From the NCBI GenBank assembly GCA_002402795.1, contig DHGO01000123.1, positions 1 through 56,608 of the forward strand: a stretch of DNA of 56,608 nt, written 5' to 3'. The notes under the pieces were generated by a model. It searched no databases. It was not told where the DNA came from and was given only the letters and a program-made list of their open reading frames with translations. Of this stretch, positions 1-8,672 are shown one piece after another. The first letter of the stretch is position 1; every line of letters begins with the position of its first letter. Source of the DNA: Deltaproteobacteria bacterium UBA4796. Lineage in GTDB: Bacteria > Desulfobacterota > Syntrophorhabdia > Syntrophorhabdales > Syntrophorhabdaceae. The position numbers were made by a program, and so were the translations under genes.

Positions 1-1564
1 TCCATTCCTTCGGAACCTTATACTTCTCCAATCTCTCCTCTGCAAACTTTGTCAATTCATTAACGAGCTTTTCTGAGGGTTCGTATCCATGTTTTAACTT
101 GATGCAGGCTCCTATTATTTCACCCTTCACCTTATCTGGAATCCCTATACAACCCACCATCATAACCGCTGGATGTCTACTGATTACATCTTCAATCTCA
201 TAAGGTGCAATCAGATAGCCTGAACTTTTTATGATATCTAAATCTCTTGCCTTGAACCAGACTATCCCTTTCTCATCCCTGTAAGCTAAATCGCCAGAAC
301 GGAACCATCCGTCCCTGACAACCTCTCTCTGCTTGTTCGGAAGCCTCCAATAAAAGGCACCTGCTGCACCACGAGCGGAGATTGTTCCTACCTTTCCGGC
401 AGGTAATTCTTCCCCTGTGGTTTCATCTACGATCTTAGCTTCATATCCATCATAAGGGAGACCTAAGGAAGTGGGTGGATGAACACCAGGCACAGTGCCT
501 ATGAAATTCCATATTTCTGTGTATCCATAAAAGTTGAAAATATTTGCCCCTGGAAAGGCTTCTTTAAGTGCTGACTCGAGTTCTTCTGTAAAGGTCTCAC
601 CCGCCGCCATCAGAAGCCTGACCCCGGCAAGACTGTATTTCGGTATCTCCGTCAACATCATCCTGTAGCCTGTGGGAACACATACTAAAACAGTTGCCTT
701 GTTCTGCTCCGCTGCCCTTAGAAAGTCTTCTGCAGTGAACCTCTCAACCAATATGCATGAGGCTCCTGTATATAGGGCGTACATCAGGGCTGCGTGACCG
801 TATGCAAAAGGCAGGGGTGGTGAAATACAGAGGATATCCTCTTCCCTTATTCCTGCAGTCTTTACAGTCCCTGCCACATGCCCCAATAGACCAACAGGTG
901 TCTGGATGCATCCTTTTGGGGGGCCTGTAGTTCCTGAGGTATAATGGATTAAGGCTACGTCATGGAAATATATCTTTTGAATCTGCAACTCTTCCGCTCC
1001 CTCTTCAACAAGTTTCTCCCAGATGAAGTACCCCTTCTCTCTATGTGCCTCCGTTCCTCCTGACACGATCACTTTAATATCACGTTTTAAGTCCATTCCA
1101 CATTTTTCGATCTCTTCAAGGAGCTCTGCACTAACTATAATGCCTTTTGTTTCTGAGTCTTTTATGATGTGAGTAAGTGAAGAGGCTTTCAGCAGAACGA
1201 ATGTTGGAATGCCGATGGCACCTATCTTCTGAATAGCCAAATCGCTTATAACAAATTGCGGGCTATTGTTCATCCTGAGCATAATCCTGTCACCTATCCC
1301 GATCCCGATCTTTTTCAGACTATTCCCGAGTTTATTTGACATCTGGGAAAGCTGACGATAAGTAAAGGATTTATCTTTAAAAAAGATCGCCGTTTTATTC
1401 CCTCTTCCCTGGTCGAGATGCCGTTCTACAAGGGACTGTGCCAAGTTAAAGTCTTCCGTCCAATCTACCAGGTTTGTTGGTTTTACGTACGGCCACCCAT
1501 CGGCTGGCGGCCAGTACTCTTTCGGCACCCTGGTTCTACGAAGCAATTCTTCTCTCATATCCAT
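1..1564 (-). CDS. AMP-forming aryl/acyl-CoA ligase (benzoate-CoA ligase-like); C-terminus cut by window edge
   Basis: Absent from the ORF track because there is no stop inside the window. My minus-strand translation from ATG 1564 gives MDMREELLRRTRVPKEYWPP... It carries the AMP-binding signature YTSGTTGPPKG, then GYTE and GDLAYRDEKG. It is the last gene of the minus-strand operon. Confidence 0.8.
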   Translation of the reverse strand, partial: MDMREELLRRTRVPKEYWPPADGWPYVKPTNLVDWTEDFNLAQSLVERHLDQGRGNKTAIFFKDKSFTYRQLSQMSNKLGNSLKKIGIGIGDRIMLRMNNSPQFVISDLAIQKIGAIGIPTFVLLKASSLTHIIKDSETKGIIVSAELLEEIEKCGMDLKRDIKVIVSGGTEAHREKGYFIWEKLVEEGAEELQIQKIYFHDVALIHYTSGTTGPPKGCIQTPVGLLGHVAGTVKTAGIREEDILCISPPLPFAYGHAALMYALYTGASCILVERFTAEDFLRAAEQNKATVLVCVPTGYRMMLTEIPKYSLAGVRLLMAAGETFTEELESALKEAFPGANIFNFYGYTEIWNFIGTVPGVHPPTSLGLPYDGYEAKIVDETTGEELPAGKVGTISARGAAGAFYWRLPNKQREVVRDGWFRSGDLAYRDEKGIVWFKARDLDIIKSSGYLIAPYEIEDVISRHPAVMMVGCIGIPDKVKGEIIGACIKLKHGYEPSEKLVNELTKFAEERLEKYKVPKEW

Positions 1565-1621
1565 AATGTCCGATTCTCCTTTAAAATGTTTATAAGCACA
1601 ATATACTCAAGTAAGGGGGTT

Positions 1622-1825
1622 CTATGAGGCATTGTGCCGCTCTGTTTGCTGGATGGCCTCCTTCCAGCAGTACTCGACACATAGCCTGCATGTTTTGCCA
1701 CAACAACTCTCCATGTCCACAGGAACGGCTTTCCCCTTCTCTATCTCATAAACCCCTACAGGACAGATGAACTTACAGTCGCCACACCCTGTGCACTTTG
1801 ACTCATCCACGCGAATTTTAACCAT
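1622..1825 (-). CDS. small 4Fe-4S ferredoxin-domain protein (C-terminal half of a split SdhB-like subunit?)
   Basis: CTGCGDCKFICP (CxxCxxCxxxCP) plus a second Cys group, CCGKTCRLCVEYC. I prefer the internal ATG at 1825 (MVKIRVD) because AAGGGGG lies 5 nt upstream. The track start at 1846 would overlap the upstream gene. Confidence 0.7.
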   Translation of the reverse strand: MVKIRVDESKCTGCGDCKFICPVGVYEIEKGKAVPVDMESCCGKTCRLCVEYCWKEAIQQTERHNAS

Positions 1826-2159
1826 TGCTACCCCCTTTTCTTTCAAAGTCTACAACCAAGTCCTTTATGATGGTGAACTTCCTATGGGGTTTTATAACCA
1901 TCTCCTTGGTGGCAGGCGTTTCACAGGCAAGAACAGGAGAGCCGTTCACTTCCATAACACATGCTCCGCATCTGGCAGGACCAACACCATCACAACCTGA
2001 CCTGAAAGCTATCTCCGCATCCTGGTTTTCATAAATCTGCCTCAGCACCTGAAGAACAGTGTGCCCTTTCCATTCTTCAACTTCGTAGGTCCTGTACTTA
2101 GGCTCTTTGTCTTTTGATGGATCAAACGCAAAAATCTTCACACTGGCCTTATCATTCAA
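1818..2159 (-). CDS. 2Fe-2S domain protein resembling the N-terminal domain of SdhB/FrdB
   Basis: Cys pattern CDGVGPARCGACVMEVNGSPVLAC (C-x8-C-x2-C-x11-C). Likely TTG start at 2159, preceded by AAGGAGGTG. The flavoprotein stop TAA lies between the RBS and this start. Confidence 0.7.
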   Translation of the reverse strand: MNDKASVKIFAFDPSKDKEPKYRTYEVEEWKGHTVLQVLRQIYENQDAEIAFRSGCDGVGPARCGACVMEVNGSPVLACETPATKEMVIKPHRKFTIIKDLVVDFERKGGSNG

Positions 2160-2160
2160 T

Positions 2161-3879
2161 TTACACCTCCTTATCAGGTTGAATAATACAGAAGTCAACA
2201 GGTTCCGTGGAGATCTTCATACCATCGCCTTCCTTGCTGATCATGATATGCTTCAACCAGCCTGGATCTGCCTTGGGAAAATCGATTCTTTCGTGAAGAC
2301 CCCTGGTCTCCGGTCTTGTCAGGGCCGAGGTACATACTAACTCCCCCACATCAAGCATATTGTTAACCTCCAGGGCATCAAGCCAGTCGAGATTAAAGGT
2401 TCTGTGCTTAGCTATCGTGGCCATTGCAGGGATATCATTCTCTCGGATTTGTTTGAGTTGTTCTATGGCTGTTTTCAACCCTGTCTCGTCCCTTGATAAC
2501 GTAGCATATGTGGATAGTATTTCTCGAATCTTCCTCTTTACTTCAATGGGTCTCTTACCTTTCGGTGATTTCAGGGGTGACATGATCTGCTGCGATAATT
2601 TTTCAACATCGCTTTTATTAATCTCTGGAAGGGGAGCTTCCTTTGCCCTTCGGGCTGCCTCTTCTCCACCCACTACACCCATGGCAAGGCAGAAGGTAAT
2701 AGAATTACCTGCCAGCCTGTCCGCTCCGTCTTTTCCGCCTGAGCCCACTTCTCCCACGGCGTATAGCCCCTTGTAGCTCGTTTCACACCTTTCATTGATC
2801 CAGCAGCCTCCCTGTACATAGTGAGCTGCAGGTGCAATCTCTATGGCATCACGACGTATATCTAAACCTGCATCCCTTAATTTTTCGAAGTAGTGAACGC
2901 CTGCTGCCCTTTCTAAGAAGTGGTTTATGAGATTTTCTGGCAGATGATGGAAGCTCATGTAAGCGCCACCGTGGGGAGAACCTCTCCCTTCCCTGACCTC
3001 GGTCGCAATCGCACGCCCAGCAGCCTCTCTTGTTACCCATTCCTTTTTTTCAGGATAATATCTTTCAAGAAATCTCTCGCCAAGAATGTTATAAAACTGT
3101 GGGTGAAGATTCACCCAGAGCAGGTATGGATAAATGTCACCCCGGGCATTGGCTGGCCAGAGGTGTGCACCGGGCATAAATTGCATAAACTCCATATCCA
3201 TCATCTTGGTACCGGCCCTGTAAGCCATGGCGTGACCATCGCCAGTAAGGTTCGGGTTTGCTGTCGTGAAGTTGTAGCAACCCATGAATCCCCCTGTTGC
3301 CAGAATTGTGGATTTTGCCCTGAATACTTCTGTTGAGCCTGATCTTAAGTCAAGCCCTACTACGCCTCCAACGGTGTTGTTGTGTACCAACAGATCTGTT
3401 GAGAAAAAATCCTCCTTCACTTTGATGTTTCGCCTCTTGATCTGTCTGTATAAAGCCTTTTTGTATTCAGGACCTAAAAAGAGACCTGGTTTGCCACAGA
3501 CACTTCGCGGAAGCGAATGTCCTGGAAAGGGCAACTGAGAGAACCGGTCATCTTCTTTTGCAAGCCTTACCCCCCACTTGTTCATATCCGAAACCACTCT
3601 GGGCCCAAGGGACAGAAATGTTTTTACAAGTGTTTGATTGTTCAGGTACCATCCTGCCTTTATTGAGTCTTTTATATGGGTTTCGATGCTGTCTGGCGGA
3701 TACAGGGCAACCTGGAAACCGTTTCCGGCCATCCACGCTGCTGCTCCATCTTTGCATATAGCACCTTTGTTTAAGATGATCACATCGACGCCGCTCTCCG
3801 AGGCTTCAATAGCTGCCCTGATGCCTGCAATACCTCCCCCTATGACAAGAACATCTGCCTTGTTTTCCACAAAACTCAT
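2161..3879 (-). CDS. FAD flavoprotein of the succinate dehydrogenase/fumarate reductase/aspartate oxidase superfamily, divergent
   Basis: N-terminal VLVIGGGIAGIRAA dinucleotide fold. Also TGDGHAMAYRAG, HYVQGG, GLYAVGEV, GADRLAGNS and a C-terminal ETRGLHERIDFP. The canonical QFHPT reads QFMPG, and no His is present at the covalent-FAD position. Confidence 0.75.
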   Translation of the reverse strand: MSFVENKADVLVIGGGIAGIRAAIEASESGVDVIILNKGAICKDGAAAWMAGNGFQVALYPPDSIETHIKDSIKAGWYLNNQTLVKTFLSLGPRVVSDMNKWGVRLAKEDDRFSQLPFPGHSLPRSVCGKPGLFLGPEYKKALYRQIKRRNIKVKEDFFSTDLLVHNNTVGGVVGLDLRSGSTEVFRAKSTILATGGFMGCYNFTTANPNLTGDGHAMAYRAGTKMMDMEFMQFMPGAHLWPANARGDIYPYLLWVNLHPQFYNILGERFLERYYPEKKEWVTREAAGRAIATEVREGRGSPHGGAYMSFHHLPENLINHFLERAAGVHYFEKLRDAGLDIRRDAIEIAPAAHYVQGGCWINERCETSYKGLYAVGEVGSGGKDGADRLAGNSITFCLAMGVVGGEEAARRAKEAPLPEINKSDVEKLSQQIMSPLKSPKGKRPIEVKRKIREILSTYATLSRDETGLKTAIEQLKQIRENDIPAMATIAKHRTFNLDWLDALEVNNMLDVGELVCTSALTRPETRGLHERIDFPKADPGWLKHIMISKEGDGMKISTEPVDFCIIQPDKEV

Positions 3880-3930
3880 ATTATACTCCTCTCACCTAAC
3901 GTTTTTTCAAGCCTTTTGATTTGCCGCCTT

Positions 3931-4344
3931 TTATTCTCCCTTTTTTATAATTTTATCCACTAATTCCTTTTTCTGCTTCCATCTCCTTTCCAGCTCCTCT
4001 GTCATTAACTCTTTCTTTATTTTTTCCTTGTCTTCAGACATCATTGATCTCAACATGTATCCCCTTCGGTCGCCCAGTTTCAGGGATTCAAAGACTGTTA
4101 TCTCTTCCGCTTCCTCCTCCCTTTCCATAATTTTTATATACCACTTTCCCTCAACGTAGCCACCTCTTTCCTGGATCAATAACTCGCTATATCCCTCTTC
4201 ATATGCCTCAGAAATCATTACCTTGGCTTGAAACTGCTCCTGTGTATCTTCATCTATTACTACTTGATCTACCACCTTACCCTGAATTCCTTTAACCATC
4301 TCCAGTCCCTTCTCTGGAACAAAGATTCTATATCTTTTTTCCAT
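3931..4344 (-). CDS. small acidic protein, paralogue of 5874-6128; putative accessory subunit of the UbiD-like enzyme
   Basis: Shares the motif AKVMIxEA...EGK(W/Y)(Y/H)IK(I/V)ME with the 84-aa ORF. Lies immediately downstream of a UbiD paralogue in the same operon. Confidence 0.6.
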   Translation of the reverse strand: MEKRYRIFVPEKGLEMVKGIQGKVVDQVVIDEDTQEQFQAKVMISEAYEEGYSELLIQERGGYVEGKWYIKIMEREEEAEEITVFESLKLGDRRGYMLRSMMSEDKEKIKKELMTEELERRWKQKKELVDKIIKKGE

Positions 4345-4364
4345 GGCTTACTTCCTTTTTCTTT

Positions 4365-5852
4365 TCACTTTATTTTGTATTCCCAAACCTTTGGACTGAG
4401 CTTCCACTTTTCATTCCAATTCTTAATTACCTTTTCTCTGATCTCTTTTGGAAAGCAGACCTCAAAAGTGGTCCTTCGAGGGACAGTGGCAGGATCTCTA
4501 TCCATTCTCCAGGTAGCATCAATATACATCCACGAACCAAGCTTTTCTCTAAAACTATGATTTTCCGTCAAGCCGAGCGGCTTTTCCATCTTGGGATAAA
4601 TATAGTAGTCCCTCTCAACATTTGCCTTGAAATTACGATCGGTGATAATCGTTGGAAGGTCTTCTGAATCTAAATCACCATCTACGACCAGCACCTGCCT
4701 TATAAACGGACTATAAGCAACCATCAGCTGTGCTGCCCGTCCTGGCAGCCCCGGTATAGGTTGAGCTGCTAATGAAACTATCCCGAGACAGAGTCTTGCC
4801 TCAACAGGTATTTCTAACCATTTAACCGGCACCCCGCTCATCCTGAGCATTCTCGTCAACTCGGCTGAATGGAATACTGAAAAAAGACACATAGAATCGC
4901 TCGGCCTGGCACCCTCGACTATAAAAGGCAAAATGGGGTTTTTGCGTTGAGTGATGCATTCAACCTGGTAAACAAAATTGTTCGGACTTCTCTCAAGATA
5001 ATATGATATCCCGGCAAAAGGACCTTCTTCTTTTGCAACCCCCGGATAGATGTGGCCTTCAAGGATAATCTCTGCCTCTGCAGGAACCAGGATATCACTC
5101 AATTGTGCCTTTACTAATGGGATGGAGTTAAGCCCCAATCCCCCGGCAAGACCATATTCGTCACTACCCTCGGGGGTGGATAAAACCGCTGTCATTATCA
5201 TCTCGGGAGGAGGCCCTACAACTACAGCAAATGGGGCTGGTTCACCCTTACTGTGGTATTTGCGAACAATCTCTTCGAAGTTACTGGGACGCGTACGGCG
5301 AGGGATACCTCCGTGGATCAATGTATTCCTGCCTGCCACCATCAACCTGTATACACCTATATTTGTCCATGCCTTCTCCTTGTCCCTCACCAATGTCACG
5401 TGAAAGGTCAGATACCTTCCACCATCCTGGTCATGAATCTTCGGGATGGGATACTTAAACAGATCCACGTTTTCTCCTTTTATCACCACCTCCTGGCAGG
5501 GACCGCTTTCGACCTCCATCGCTTTGATTGGCGTTTGCATTCTATCGATAACCGTCTCCAGAAGATCGCTGTAATGAGTATTGGCTTCCAAACCCAAAGC
5601 TATACACATACGCCCATGCATTCTACGGGGCACCTGAGGCCATTCTATAAAGCCTGGTCCGCATAACATACTTCCTGCCATGGACAGTCCTGGATAGTCT
5701 TTTACTTTATTAAACTGAATAGCAGGCCCTCCCACCCTCTGGGACATAGCACATAGTGCAGCTGCCTGTAGTTCATAATCCACTTCTTCATTTATAACAT
5801 TCAATTCACCTCTTGCCTTCAACTCCTCTAAAAAATTCCTGAAAGCTCCCAT
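4365..5852 (-). CDS. UbiD-family (prFMN-dependent) decarboxylase/carboxylase, paralogue 2
   Basis: 495 aa. The N-terminus FRNFLEELKARGELNVINEEVDYELQ...GGPAIQF fits the UbiD N-terminal signature (LRDFL..L...GEL..I...VD...GGPA.LF). Confidence 0.8.
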   Translation of the reverse strand: MGAFRNFLEELKARGELNVINEEVDYELQAAALCAMSQRVGGPAIQFNKVKDYPGLSMAGSMLCGPGFIEWPQVPRRMHGRMCIALGLEANTHYSDLLETVIDRMQTPIKAMEVESGPCQEVVIKGENVDLFKYPIPKIHDQDGGRYLTFHVTLVRDKEKAWTNIGVYRLMVAGRNTLIHGGIPRRTRPSNFEEIVRKYHSKGEPAPFAVVVGPPPEMIMTAVLSTPEGSDEYGLAGGLGLNSIPLVKAQLSDILVPAEAEIILEGHIYPGVAKEEGPFAGISYYLERSPNNFVYQVECITQRKNPILPFIVEGARPSDSMCLFSVFHSAELTRMLRMSGVPVKWLEIPVEARLCLGIVSLAAQPIPGLPGRAAQLMVAYSPFIRQVLVVDGDLDSEDLPTIITDRNFKANVERDYYIYPKMEKPLGLTENHSFREKLGSWMYIDATWRMDRDPATVPRRTTFEVCFPKEIREKVIKNWNEKWKLSPKVWEYKIK

Positions 5853-5873
5853 CTTTTTCCCTCCTTATTCTTT

Positions 5874-6128
5874 TTAATCGTCAAACGGTGAGGGTAATAT
5901 CTCCATTACCTTTATATGATACTTCCCCTCAGCATGAGGTTCACTAAAGGGTCCCAAGAGCCCCACCGGTTCGCTCCCCTTTACAGCTTCACTGAATATC
6001 ATCACCTTTGCTTGTTTCCATGTCTTTTCATTCTGATCCATTATCTCCATTTCTGTAGGTGTATTCTTATCTATGGAATCCTTTTTCCTGTCAAGCTCTT
6101 CCTTATATAACCAGTAATTTACTGCCAT
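5874..6128 (-). CDS. small protein, paralogue of 3931-4344; putative accessory subunit
   Basis: 84 aa with the motif QAKVMIFSEA...EGKYHIKVME. Lies between the two UbiD paralogues. Confidence 0.6.
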   Translation of the reverse strand: MAVNYWLYKEELDRKKDSIDKNTPTEMEIMDQNEKTWKQAKVMIFSEAVKGSEPVGLLGPFSEPHAEGKYHIKVMEILPSPFDD

Positions 6129-6165
6129 TTTTCACCCCTCCATTCTTTCTAAAATTTATTTCTCC

Positions 6166-7683
6166 TTAAAGCTTGGCCTCTAACCACGACCTATTGCTAC
6201 GAGGCTCCTCTTTAAACCCTAACCTACCCCAGTTCTCCATCACCCATTTCTGCAGCCTTTCAGGAAAGAGCGTCTCAAGGTTAAGCCTCTTCGCACCCAT
6301 TGGCGGCTCCTCCTTTGTGGTAGCATCAATGACCAATTTCTGTGAAAGGATGGTTCCTGGTCCTGTAAATTTGTCTCTATCCCACTCCTCCATCCAGGAA
6401 GCTTCGATTGTCATTACAGGGAATGGATTTGTTTTGCTCATGTCCCTCGCAGGATTCACCTGGTTAAACATCGCCTCATAAAAATCCCCATAATCGAGAA
6501 TGTTCACATCATCATCGAAGAAGACATCCTTGGAAAGGACACCTCCCATCCCGGGCTGGCCCATTACTATATTCTTCACATCTTCCATAAAGCCAGGGTA
6601 GTCTTCAGGGTATTTCTTCTTATATACCCCTGCATGACCTGTAGCCCCTGTACGTGGTATTGAAACAGAACAACCAAATTTAAGAGGCAGACCAAACATC
6701 TTGATCTGGCCCCAGTAACCTAAATGCCCCAAACTATCATGTAAAGCATTCGTGCTGCTCCCTATGGAAGTATGGATGTCCCAAATAATGGGGTTCTTCC
6801 GATGTGTGATGCAGTGTACTCTGATTGGATAGAAGGGTTGCCTTGGACCAACAGAGAAACCAAAAGCCTCAATCTTTGGTCCCTCAGGAAGTCTCTCATA
6901 GGGCCTTATCTCACCCTCAATAACTATCTCAGCATTTGCAGGAACAAGAAGGTCTGAGGTCTCTGCCTTTACAAGTTCCATGGGGACCCCTCTTATCCCC
7001 CCTGCTATATCATATTCTGTAACACCAGGAGGCATAATCATTCCCGCTGCCATTGTCACCGCTGGATCGCCTCCAAGACATACCGCAACAGGCATGCTTT
7101 GTCCCCTCAACTGATATTTTGTGTTATAGATACTTACAAAATTCGTATGGGCATAGGGTGTTACCACCAATCGGTTCCTTGAGAAGACTTCTATCGCATA
7201 ATTACCCGTATTTATCCAGAATGAGTCAGGATCTCTAATCACCACAGCATTGATAAAGATATACCTCCCTCCTTCACCTATAGCATGGTAAGTGAAAGGG
7301 AAATTCAGGAGGTTAATATCCTTCCCTTTCAAAACCACCTCTTTACAGGGCCCCTTAGCCACTTCAACAGGTCTCAACATATTCATCATCCTTCTGGCAA
7401 GTTCCTGGTACCACTGGGCCCTATCAAGATCTGGATCGATTCCCAAGGCTATTGCAGCCTTTCTATGGGGCCTATAGAAAGTGCCCACAAAGGGTGCTGC
7501 AAGAACCCTCGTGCCCTTGGAAGTGCCTTTAATGTTGTTGAATAAAAAAGCAGGACCACCAAATCTTCCCCCGATCACTTCATATGCAGGTATTTCGTAA
7601 TTCCAGTCCACTTCATCATCGATCTCTCTTAACTCACCTACCTTCCTCAAATCCTCCACAAAATCCCTTAAATCATACGCCAT
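6166..7683 (-). CDS. UbiD-family (prFMN-dependent) decarboxylase/carboxylase, paralogue 1
   Basis: 505 aa. N-terminus MAYDLRDFVEDLRKVGELREIDDEVDWNYE...GGPAFLF. Confidence 0.8.
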   Translation of the reverse strand: MAYDLRDFVEDLRKVGELREIDDEVDWNYEIPAYEVIGGRFGGPAFLFNNIKGTSKGTRVLAAPFVGTFYRPHRKAAIALGIDPDLDRAQWYQELARRMMNMLRPVEVAKGPCKEVVLKGKDINLLNFPFTYHAIGEGGRYIFINAVVIRDPDSFWINTGNYAIEVFSRNRLVVTPYAHTNFVSIYNTKYQLRGQSMPVAVCLGGDPAVTMAAGMIMPPGVTEYDIAGGIRGVPMELVKAETSDLLVPANAEIVIEGEIRPYERLPEGPKIEAFGFSVGPRQPFYPIRVHCITHRKNPIIWDIHTSIGSSTNALHDSLGHLGYWGQIKMFGLPLKFGCSVSIPRTGATGHAGVYKKKYPEDYPGFMEDVKNIVMGQPGMGGVLSKDVFFDDDVNILDYGDFYEAMFNQVNPARDMSKTNPFPVMTIEASWMEEWDRDKFTGPGTILSQKLVIDATTKEEPPMGAKRLNLETLFPERLQKWVMENWGRLGFKEEPRSNRSWLEAKL

Positions 7684-7719
7684 TTTCCTTACCCCCTTTC
7701 AGGTATTGAATTATAAAAT

Positions 7720-8646
7720 TCAATTACCCTTTATAGTTTCGCAGTGTTTGACAACTGCGTTCACTACTGCATCCATGGCCTTTGCCTCTTCGCTACCCGG
7801 GTATTTAATCACAAAAGGCTCGCCATCGTCCAGACTTGTACTTACCTTAATAGAAACGGGGACCTTGACAAGGAAAGATACCTCTTCTTCTCTCGCCATT
7901 CTTTCACCTGCACCACTCGAAATAATACTAGCAGGCTCACCACATTCAGGGCAATTCGTATCGCTCATGTTCTCGACAACCCCAATAATTGGTATCCTGG
8001 CACTTTTCAGAATATAGATGCATTTTCTCGCCACATTTTGAGATATCTGCGATGGAACCGTTATGACCACACCTCCGGCAATATCCGGCATATACTTAAG
8101 AATGTTTACAGTCTCTGAACTTGTCCCTGCAGGTATATCTGCTATCAAGTACTCCGTATCTCCGTAATCTACAGCAGCGAGTAATTCTTCGGTAGCATTT
8201 CTCTTCATCTCGTGAAACCAGATAATTACCTCATCCTGGTCAAGTATCAACCCTGTAGAAATAACCCTGACACCCCATTTGCTTTCGTATGGTATAAGTC
8301 CCTTTTCACCTATCATTAATCTGGCATCCCCTGAAACACCCAACATCATAGGAACAGCAGGGCAATCGTAGACCTGATCCAGAAGGGCAACCTTTTTTCC
8401 TCTTTTTGCTAAGGCTGCTGCAAGGTTAACAGCCAGCATGGATTTCCCCACTCCTCCTTTTCCTCCCAATACAACAATTTTATATTTGACATTTTTAAGA
8501 TTTTCTCTGATCAAACTCAGAATACCTTTCTGTTTAAAAATCTCCTTGACAGAAAGATCGCATTCAAAATATTTTTCACAATCCTCGCACTTTTTGTTAC
8601 ACCCTTCTGTCACATTCAATTCTTTTAATTCGGTTTCAACACCCAT
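7720..8646 (-). CDS. Mrp/NBP35-family P-loop ATPase with N-terminal Cys4 motif
   Basis: Deviant Walker A GGKGGVGKS. N-terminal CNKKCEDCEKYFEC (C-x3-C-x2-C-x5-C). C-terminal CPECGE CxxC, typical of Mrp/ApbC/NBP35. Confidence 0.8.
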   Translation of the reverse strand: MGVETELKELNVTEGCNKKCEDCEKYFECDLSVKEIFKQKGILSLIRENLKNVKYKIVVLGGKGGVGKSMLAVNLAAALAKRGKKVALLDQVYDCPAVPMMLGVSGDARLMIGEKGLIPYESKWGVRVISTGLILDQDEVIIWFHEMKRNATEELLAAVDYGDTEYLIADIPAGTSSETVNILKYMPDIAGGVVITVPSQISQNVARKCIYILKSARIPIIGVVENMSDTNCPECGEPASIISSGAGERMAREEEVSFLVKVPVSIKVSTSLDDGEPFVIKYPGSEEAKAMDAVVNAVVKHCETIKGN

Positions 8647-8672
8647 TGGACGCCTCCTGACAATTTTGAACT

